DNA of 60,457 nucleotides, filler included, from Dirinaria sp. TL-2023a (taxonomy: Eukaryota), in the NCBI GenBank assembly GCA_051941275.1. It is 9 parts of 9 records of this genome, joined end to end, with 100 filler letters (N's around TTAATTAATTAA, not from the genome) between each part and the next. Parts side by side here need not be neighbours in the genome. Positions count along the whole stretch, not along the records: positions 47,131 to 53,745 come from JAVEBF010001451.1; positions 53,846 to 60,457 come from JAVEBF010001452.1; 7 more parts are not named here. One strand, given 5' to 3'. Positions 51,424 to 60,457 of the stretch are shown here, in pieces. Position numbers and translations under genes: made by a program. Position 1 is the stretch's first letter. The number at the start of each line of letters is the position of its first letter. The notes under the pieces are model-generated. The model made no database searches. It saw only the letters and a list, made by a program, of their open reading frames with translations, and was not told the origin of the DNA.

Positions 51424-53745
51424 ATGCGGGAGTATGGACGGGTCGAATCCATGGAGATGCAAACCCGTCCCCAACAACAACCTAACCAGAGATATGACCA
51501 GGAAGCCTCCGAAGTCTATCAAAGATCACCTTCAACAGAAGCTATGGTGGTTCGAAGCGCAGGACATCAAAACGAACTCCATCACCATCGGGACTTATTT
51601 AGACGACCTTTCAAAGGAAAGAACCGGAATGAGAAATTTTTGAACCAATACGACGGTCGGCTTTGCGATCTTATCGTACAGACATCCAAAGAGGTCCCGG
51701 ATTCAAGCTCTAAGACTCTATGGCTTCGAACGGGCCTCCACAACGGCAGTCCATGGATAATCCGACTCTCGAACTGGGCTATGAGTCGTGATCATGGCTC
51801 GGAAGATCGAGTCGGGACAGATGTTGGAACAGCAACTCTGAGGTGGATTCCAGCTTGTCTTGGGCTTACAATGATCGTAGGTTCTAGTATGTGATATAGC
51901 GCTCGGCAAATTTGCTAATGTGGCTTTCTCAGCTCAGTTTTCCCATCGAAGTAGCCGCTACGCCCTCTAACATGGGTAGATACGACCCTTTCCTTTACAA
52001 GGATTGGAGATATCCGCTCGACGCACGCAACAAAACGGAGAACAAACGCGAGAGGAAAAGTGTCTCCGTAGAGATCAAGAGAGCAGTCGAACCAACTTAT
52101 CTCTGCTTTATAGACAAGTTCAACGACAATCCAATACTCCGTGATAAGATCTTTGTTGATAGCGTCTCAAATTGGAGAGACACACATGGTAGTATGACGC
52201 CTACAGACTTCGTTTTCGTTTCCTTCACCGGGGAACATAAATCCGAAACCTTTAGCAACAAGTACCTCGCTGAGGTTGGAAAGCACGCTGCCATCAAGGC
52301 AAGAGTCAGCGCTTACTGGATATGCGCTAGCTGTCTCGCTGACCCCCGGGAGAGGGACAAGGAGAAAAAAGAACGCGAGAAACAGGCGACTTGCTGGACA
52401 ATAGGAGACATTGTCCGGCGAGCGAGTGCGATGGTGATCGTGGTCCCTGGACCCTTGGATACCGAATCCAAGGACGAAGGTCTGGCATTCTGGGGAGAGC
52501 GCGTTTGGACGATGCCTGAATTATTGCTCTACACGGGAGAACATCCTATATATGTCTATGAGGAACGCAGAACACTAGACGAGCGACGACCCTTTCCTCG
52601 TCGAGAATTGTGGGACAAAGCCTGAGGCGATCATGCTCACTCTGGGCAGCTAATAGACCACTACGAAGGCTCTCTCATCCTCAGTCCACTTGAGCTCGTC
52701 ACGGTAGCTTTGCGATGTCTTTTCACACGCGATATTAAGACCTACGCCAACGGCGACCACTCCTACGCCCTGATGAGTCTCTTGCGCCAGAGGCCAAATG
52801 TCGTGACCACAGACAGTGAATTTCAGGCATTTGCACGACTTTCTCTTGCAAATGACAGTAACATGCTGATGGAGAGGATGATCTGTTTGCTTCCGAAACA
52901 ACTTGACAACTACTGGTGGTCGCTCGATGATGCCTGGGACGTTGAGCTTTGGGACATATATCCTAAAACCCAGATCTGCGGAATAGGAGAGAACGATACT
53001 GTAGTTCTCGATGGTGCCCGTGGTGCTGCGATACGTTGGGATAAATTCATCCCGGTACTCACACTAGGCCAAGAATCAATGCGTCATAGGCTCGCACGAT
53101 GGGCCTTACGCGCTGTGCCATGCCTGTTCGTATTCTATGTCATTCTTACCTCAATCTTTACCTCAAAATTCCACCAAAGATTTTGGATTTTCTTAAAGGT
53201 ACTGACGAGCCTTTTGAGCATTGTCCCTCTCCTATCTCCCTATCTTGTCCGGCTTATATACCGTACTCAGGCTCACGACTCACAAGCGCTGTTCTTTGGT
53301 ATTGAAGGCTATCTTGACATATACAATTTGGAACTTCTGATCTTTGGCTCCTTCGAAGGAAAATTAGGATGGAGTACAGCAAGCAGTCCTCTTTCCCGTC
53401 ACAAACTCGATCGGAGGGGCATGAAAAAAGACTTTTTCGAAGGGACGGACGAGACAGAAATCGAGTCCCTTATGGATACGGAGAACATTTACACAGGCCT
53501 CGATCCTGTAAAAAGCGACGATGGTATCAAGGAGCGCGTGGAGCAAGCTAAGACAAGTTCTCACTTGGAAAAGAAGGTCTTCACGCTGGTTGATACATAT
53601 ACCATGACTGTCACATTATTCGAGGCCGTGAGACCGCCTGTTGCAGTGGTCATATGCGGCGCTGAAGGTGGTATGCAACGAGCTTTGCTGTGCTCACTAG
53701 ACTGGACCAGCGGCACGTTGTACCGCGAGACAGTGCTGAGAATGG
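51424..53745 (+). pseudogene. HET-domain-like membrane protein with one in-frame TGA, 3' truncated
   Basis: HET-like blocks FVFVSF, AYWICASCL, IGDIVRRA and WGERVWTMPELLL, then QLIDHYEGSLILSPLEL, DSEFQAFARLSLAND and two TM helices. ORFs 51912-52625 and 52710-53801 are in the same frame, separated only by TGA 52623-52625. Intron about 51877-51932. Confidence 0.75.
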
Positions 53746-53845
53746 NNNNNNNNNNNNNNNNNNNNNNNNNNNNNNNNNNNNNNNNNNNNTTAATTAATTA
53801 ANNNNNNNNNNNNNNNNNNNNNNNNNNNNNNNNNNNNNNNNNNNN
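53746..53845. other. Artificial contig linker
   Basis: N44-TTAATTAATTAA-N44. Confidence 0.99.
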
Positions 53846-53906
53846 ATCTAGATGTCGAGATCGAGTTGAAAGCGAGCATTCGTGGGGATTTGACGCTGGC
53901 ACTGCT
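53846..53906 (+). CDS. 3' fragment of a small conserved fungal protein
   Basis: LDVEIELKASIRGDLTLAL followed by a GTATGT donor. Resembles from memory the conserved LDLNLDVEVxLKAxIHGDxTLALL C-terminus. Confidence 0.5.
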
Positions 53907-54870
53907 GTATGTTGTCGCTTTTTTTCCCCCCTTTTTGTTATTCTGACCTTCTTGTAACGGGTTTGAGGATGTGTGCAAGAAGCTGAGTGTTGATATAGGG
54001 CTTAGGTCATGACCTCATGCAGAAAAGAAGGATATCCCACGAGGAAAAGGAAAGGGAATCAAATCGGGCAATTGGAGCATTTCAGGATTTCGTTCTACAA
54101 ATTTAGCTTGGACAACATGAGGGCTGAGGATGGTCTCCTTTGCACTGGCGTTTTCGGCAAAGATGGGGTAATTCGGAGCGTAGACATTGTTTTTCCCCAT
54201 AGGCGGAACTGATATCTAAAGCCGTTAACGATCTCATTGATGCCTAATTCTGTGATGAATCTGCTGCGGTGTTTTGTGTTATTGTACTGTACATGCCTTC
54301 CATCATCGTATCGGCCTGGGTGATAGGGTGACACTTCTCACTGTCCATTTGTATTGACTAACAGGACCACGACAATAAGAAACGTCGGAGACGGGCACGA
54401 GCACTGGCACTTCAGACTGAGAAATCAATAGGTATCACTGGGACAAGATTGATGAGGTCGGACGAATCTCTGTGGCCTGTGCACTAACTTCGTTCTCCGG
54501 GAAACGCGCTGGAAGCAGCGCAATGCATTCTACATCAATGGATGTGTGGTCGGCACTCATTCGCAAGTAGAGGAGAGATGTTGGAAACCTAAATTTTACA
54601 TTTCCTCGTAGGTACTAGAATCGTCATATCTCAATATATGGAGTCGAATCGTAAGTCTGCAAGATCCTCAAGGCGTAAGAAATACAGTTCACACATTACG
54701 TGTAATCAAAGTCGGCATCCAAACGAATGACATCCGCCTTATCCCAAACCCATCCCACCATAAACCCACCATGATAATGCCCAGCTTGACAACCCGCCTT
54801 CTCCCATTGCCAAACCCATTACCGCCCCAAACCATGTACTCGTGCCTCCCATGTCCGAAAAGTCATTCAA

Positions 54871-57269
54871 TCATTTTTTGAGGTCCACCACTTCGTTCGG
54901 TTCCTCTATCATTGCCTCCTCACTCATGCTGCCCAGTTGGGGACTGGTCAAGGCACTCGGTGGCCCGGAGTTTTGTCGTCTCCCCGAACGGCTCCGCGAC
55001 GGTTGTGTGGAGCCAAAGAGCGCGGTGCTGGACAAGCCTTCTAGTCTAGTTTCGATCGTGTCTTCGGAATTAGACCGCCTGTGCTCGGGTCTCTGAATAG
55101 GTGAGACTAAAGCTGTATCTTGGGTCAGACCGGAGTCGTTGCTCTCTTTGCGTGTGATGGCGGGTCGGACAGAGGCATCGTTCAAGTCATTGCGGAGATG
55201 GCTAGGATTGGTGGGGGCGTAGGCGGAGATGGAGTCGTTGCTTCCTTGCCGGTCATGGGTAGGGCGCTCGCTGCTTGCAGTCGAAAGCCGGTATTGGGCC
55301 GATCTGCGCGATCCAGCCTTTGGACGCGGGAAGACTGGTGACTGCAGCGCTGAAGGGAGTTCGGGGGACGGGGAGTGCGTATCGATAAGAGTAGGACGCT
55401 GGTCAGTAGAGGGCATCTCGTTCAGAGACCGCGCGCCATCAGACCAAAGTTCTGAGGGAGGTTCAGGAGTGGACATCTCGGCTCTGGAGTATTGAGGCTC
55501 GGGAGAGGCAGCCTCGGAGCGTGGGGGCGGTGAGCCCGGCAGCTCCATAGGCATACCGTGATAGTTTCCGGGATAATGAGAGAGGTAACTGTCACTGGAG
55601 CCAATCTCAATGCCGGGAGAGTCCGCCGAAACAGGATTAACAGAGACCTTCGTGTGTTTCTTATCGCCAGTGCCATCATCTGAGGAATGGGGGCCGGTAT
55701 CTTCGACCTCGACTTTGTCACGTGGGTATGCAAAATTAATCTCGAGTTCCTCGCGCTCATCCACTTGCTTCCTTTTGGCTGATCGGGACTTCTTCTTGTA
55801 CCAGCGGGCGGTGAAGAAGCCGCTGACGAAAGCAACGAGAATGACTGCGACGACGATGCCGGCGATGGCGCCAACAGGAAAACTTTTTGATGAGCTGTGG
55901 TTGGTCGTCTTAGTGATGGTCCCGCTCCCAACCCCTCCACCAGCTCCCCCTGCGCCAGGCGTTGATGCGGAACCTGTGCCGTTATTAGGCTGTATGGCGA
56001 CGATATGCGCTGGAGCATCAGTGAACGACGTCTGCGAAATTGAGAAATTTTTGTTTTCATAGTCAACGATGAGATAGCTTGTTTGCGGTCAGCCGCGGAC
56101 TTGATACTGACTTTGTTTGGGATACTCACGCTTCTTGCATGAAGGTACGTCCAAGCGTATACTGCGTTTCATCGGCCGCTCTTCTCAGAGGAAAGTACTT
56201 TGTCAGTTGGTTGAGAAGAGGGTAGCCAATCTCAAGGTCAAAACTCGAGTATGGTAGAGTTATGTTGACCGAAGAGGTCGAGCCTAGGGTATTGGCTAGT
56301 TGGAAGGTTACACTCGCATTTTGTTTGACCATATGATCATGTACTGTGTCATTGACAAGGTAGAGGTTGTGGACTGGGTCGTAAACGATACCCAAAGCTT
56401 GCTCAAACGCGTGGCAGGCAGCTATCGGAAGCCAGATGGTCGGCACAGTGGAATCAACAAGGGTCAGAATTCCTTCCGTCAAGAGTGCCTTATCCGTATC
56501 GTGCGAGTCAGAATAAGAGATCTTCTCAAGACCAACGACAAGTTGTCGGGCAAGATTGGTACCAAGCCCGAACGAAACATCATTTGGGATGAACCTCGAG
56601 CTATCATAGCCGCCCAGAGTCAAGCTTGCGGTGGCATTGTTACGATACGAGGCGCCTGCTGTAAATCCATAGGATGAACTCGGGATCAAGCTCTGGTTCT
56701 TGAGGTTACTTATAAAGCTAGGCCTCGAGTCGAAAGGTTGCGTGAAATTGATCGGCAGCTGGCTCAGACCCAAAGACCCAACAAAGAAGTCTTTAGTCAA
56801 CACGGCGGCAAGGACTTGTTGGTCCAGTGTCACGTTACCACCCTCCTCTGTCCTTATTGACATCTGATCGTAACCAAATTGGCCACTGTCCGATTCGCTC
56901 GTCATTCCGAGATTTGTCTCCAGATTGAGGGTGTAGTTGTTCTTCAACACCCATTGCGATGACTTTGCGTTGTTGTACATACCACCCCGTAGCTCCGTGC
57001 AGTTTGAGGGATCAGGCTTATCACTACAACCTCCCGAAAGGACAAGGAGCGTCTCCGACGCCTCAGTCGAGGGCAGAACCTGCACTGTCTGCGGCGGAAC
57101 GCCGACATCGATGTTGAAGGCTGACCATTTGCCATCGTTTCCAAGACTGAATACCAGCGAAGCACGTCAGTATACGAATAGCTTCAGCCTCTCGAGAGAA
57201 GTAGGGACAGAGATAAGCATACAAGTCTCCGCTCGGCTTAACAATGATCGGCGCAGCTTCGATCGCCAT
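54871..57269 (-). CDS. Membrane-anchored aspartic-protease-fold protein, probably non-catalytic
   Basis: GNDGKWSAFNIDVGVPPQTVQVLPST (first catalytic Asp absent), SLTLGGYDSSRF, LVDSTVP, TLGRTFMQEA-YLIVDYE, TM segment AIAGIVVAVILVAFV and a long S/P-rich tail. Two introns. Start uncertain. Confidence 0.85.
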
Positions 57270-59064
57270 TGCAAAAGATATGTGGTCTTGCGCGAAAATG
57301 AAAGATAGTGATGAGAGGAAATTATCAAAAATGAAATCGCATTATATGAAATAAGAAAGTATCCCAAGAACGATTGTAGCGAAATAGAACACCGTGGGTA
57401 CCGTTCACGGACCGTGAGCAACGAGAGCAGAGGAAAGAAAGGCAGGGAGAGGCTCGAGATCGGTATTATTTGCAGCTGAACGATGGGGAGAGATCGAGAC
57501 TATCGAGTGCATGGCCACCACACCGCGCTTTCGCTCTTCGGAAAAAGAGTCGATGCACAGGGTCCAGGCTGCTCTCTCGCTGGACGTTCGCGGCAGTGAT
57601 GCATGGCAAATGCACAGAAGGTGGGCAGCCGGGGAGCTAAGGATGCACGATACAAAGCACTATCATCCTTCTCCCGGGCCAAGATGGATGGTAATCCGCG
57701 CCAGAGGTTGTCATCCGGTTGCTACTCGAACTTTAACTGGATGTGTTACGTCGGTTCTCTATCCTCCTGGATCCGTCTAGGTCCAACGTGAGATTCTGCA
57801 TCCGTCGATAATATACTGCTGGAGTCAAATTGTTCCATGGTTCTGTTCGATGATAGTTTCGGTAGCTACCACGGCCACTTGAGCGGTAAAGGGGCTTGGT
57901 GGTGGTTTAGCGGAATCTTAGTCAACGGGGCGATGGACCGCAGAGTTGACAGACGTTGCGAGCGCTATGCAGTTGAGAGTGAGACAGTCAGTAGGTAGTG
58001 TACCATACCGAGCATACCTGACCTTTCTACCTTACTGTACTAGTAGCTGGCTATCATGACTAATGAGCGGGGTTAATGGTAAAAGTCAAAATGTATATTG
58101 TAGCGAAAGGGAGAGAGGCAGAGGCAGTTCAGTCGACAGTCATGGACAGGGAGAGTAAGCGCTAGCCGGTAGTGGTTAAGCCTCAAAGGAGTAGTCAGCA
58201 ACGCTTAACCCACTTCAGCCTAGTCCACCTTCCATCGTTCGATTTCTCTCGCTGTCTCAAAGAAGGCATCCCTCAGGCGTCGAGACTACTGTAGAGTCCG
58301 GAGTAGTATGTCTGTAGTATGTCTTCGACTGCATCTTCCACCCACTCGAGCCACTCACTAAACTCATGTACCTCAACTCGGATCCCGCACCACCAACCTT
58401 CCCACCTCCCACATCCCACCCCATGACAAAATAACGCAAATCTTTTCGCCAATCGCTCCCTCCTCCACCAGCCTATTCCGTGGAGCTGCAGTAGCTCCAT
58501 CCCCCTCCCATCCTTCGTTCTCAGCTCCCAGGGCTATGGTCGCCCGCAAAACCTTTCTCGCTCTTCACCACTACTGGTGGTCACGGAAACAGCATATCTA
58601 GTCTGGGCCATTGGTACATGCGCTCGAGCGAAGACGGAGGGTTGGAGACCCCCCGGCTGACCGCAGGCCATTAGTGATTGGATCATCAGTGCCCAAACCA
58701 GCGGGCCGATCAGAACAAGCCATCAACGCCATGTTGTAGCCTGAAAGAGCTTATGGCTGCTGATGATGATCCCAGAGGCGGTCAAATCGTCCGACCGGAT
58801 TACTCGCCGCTGGCCGACCATGCGAATAAAGCTCCATTAACGCAAGCCTCTGTTGCTGTTGACGTACGCCAGGGTGCGGGGACCTGCTTCCTTTCCCGAA
58901 GATCTATCCAGCCTGGGAAACGGTCGACCGTGCGGAAGGCCCGTATAAAGGTCGACCTGAGCTCTCCCTTTTCGATGTCAAATGCTGTCGTAACTATTGT
59001 CGTTGCATATCGCTATATTTGAGCCGCAGAGTGGTGTTTCCCCCGCCTTGTTCCCCTTATCGCG

Positions 59065-60348
59065 ATGGCTTCGATAAGCGCGTTTGTCTTGTTTGCATTG
59101 ACCGGCTATATTCGCGGCGCATTCAGCGAGCCGCAAGGTAAGTCCCCAGGGTGGTGTTTTTGGCGACCCAACATGTTTGAGAGATTTTGCTGATCATTGT
59201 TGTTATTATTAGCGACCATCACAGCTCCAAACGTCTTCGGATCAGCTCTTCCAGATCTTAATGGCCCAGCTCCAACCTCGTCAGGAGCATGTGGTGCCTG
59301 CTACATCGTAGCCGACGTCGCAGCTCTTGTCTGGTACAGCGAGGCCTTTATCAATACAGCAGCGACCCAGTTTGTAGATGTGCGAGTGGGCAATAATGGC
59401 TCTCGTTCAACGCGCACATCGATCGTCTCAAATGAGGCTCCATTTACCTACGACCCGGCCAAGATCAGCGCGGCTTCGATGCAGGATCTCGCCCTGACTC
59501 CAGTCGAATACGCACCCTCGGCCACCGTCTCAGGCGCCGTACTGACTTCTCCAACGGCCTACAACGTCTTCTCCGCCTATTCGCTTACGTCTGCATTCCT
59601 CTCCAATGGAAAATGCGTGACCACGTCCGGTAGCGCTGTGCCTGTAATCCCCGCGTATTCAGAGGCCCTGCCCTCAGCCTCTGGGCGAGTCTCACTCGAT
59701 GCAGCGGGCCAGCAGCAGTTCATCAATCATATCGGATTCTCGACTTGCTCAGCCGCCGGTGAGCATGCAGTAGGCAGCGCCTTGATTCCTGTTGCCAGCA
59801 TCACAGCTTCGAGCACAAGGACATTGATCGGCGGTGCGAGCCTAGCACCTGTAAGGCTTTTCCTTTTCTTCCCACACACTCCCATCATTTCGGCTCAACT
59901 AACGCGGCGAATTTAGACAACTAACCCTTCCTCACAACCCTCTGGCCCTTCATCAGCCCCTATCGTGACCTTGACAGAAGTCATATCCTCCTCAACCGTC
60001 ACGGCAACCCTGACCGGCACCGCCGTGCCCCAAGTCAGCGTCTCCGCCCCCCTCATCGTCGCCGGCTCAACAACCCTGAAGCCGACGGCGCAAGCCATCT
60101 CCCTCCCCGTCATCGCACCACCATCAGGGAGCGTGCTCCAAGGAAACACAACTTTGATAGTGGGGCCCAGTGGCACCGTGGGAAGCGCACCCGGAAGCGG
60201 AACGGGGGGCTCTGGCCCTGGCAGCAGCGGCGGCAATGGCACCATGCCGTTCACGGGCGAAGCGGGCGATTGGAAGAAGGGACGTGTCTGGAGTGGACTT
60301 TTCGGGACCTGTCTCGCGGGTGTCCTTGTTGCGGTGGCGATCCTGTAA
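59065..60348 (+). CDS. Secreted Ser/Thr-rich, probably GPI-anchored cell-surface protein
   Basis: Signal-like MASISAFVLFALTGYIRGAFS, CGAC-containing N-terminal domain, S/T/G-rich stalk, PFTGEA motif and hydrophobic C-terminus. Introns about 59138-59212 and 59851-59916. Confidence 0.85.
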
Positions 60349-60457
60349 ATTGGCTAGCGGTCGCTCGTGGGGAATGAAAGGTCTAATCTAATTGAATACT
60401 AAAGGAGGCTCGATCATGGGGTTGGGGTGCGAAGGGTTTTCTCGGTTTATATAAAGG

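Noticed and set aside
54448..54470. TGATGAG...GAA resembling a hammerhead ribozyme core
   Set aside because: Lacks the CUGAUGA and GAAA consensus and the flanking stems.

Overview
Filamentous ascomycete (Pezizomycotina) nuclear DNA; a lichen-former is possible but cannot be shown from this window. It is not one locus. It is nine unrelated contigs of decreasing length (6650, 6649, 6636, 6629, 6627, 6620, 6619, 6615, 6612 bp) joined by artificial 100-bp linkers (N44-TTAATTAATTAA-N44), so nothing can be inferred across a linker. Housekeeping genes: GDB1, SPT3, a Zn2Cys6/O-acetyltransferase fusion, a PAA1-like GNAT, DDI1, homocitrate synthase, INO1, a paxillin-like gene and a CCCH protein. Most notable observations: (1) a ~1.1-kb, highly base-paired plus-strand non-coding region divergent from SPT3, with nested long-range helices enclosing an AACCCUAA stretch, which is a candidate telomerase RNA. 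(2) An unrecognised, spliced protein-coding relic in three copies, two of which bracket an aminotransferase/O-methyltransferase/hydrolase cassette in inverted orientation. (3) A caspase-like protease gene carrying a Vts1/Smaug-like C-terminal domain. (4) Recurrent in-frame TGA codons, mostly where Trp is expected, in caspase-like, HET-like and CorA-like genes, due either to CpC-biased RIP-like decay or to conditional recoding. (5) An in-frame ORF inside the long first intron of SPT3. All family assignments come from motif recognition by eye, not database searches.
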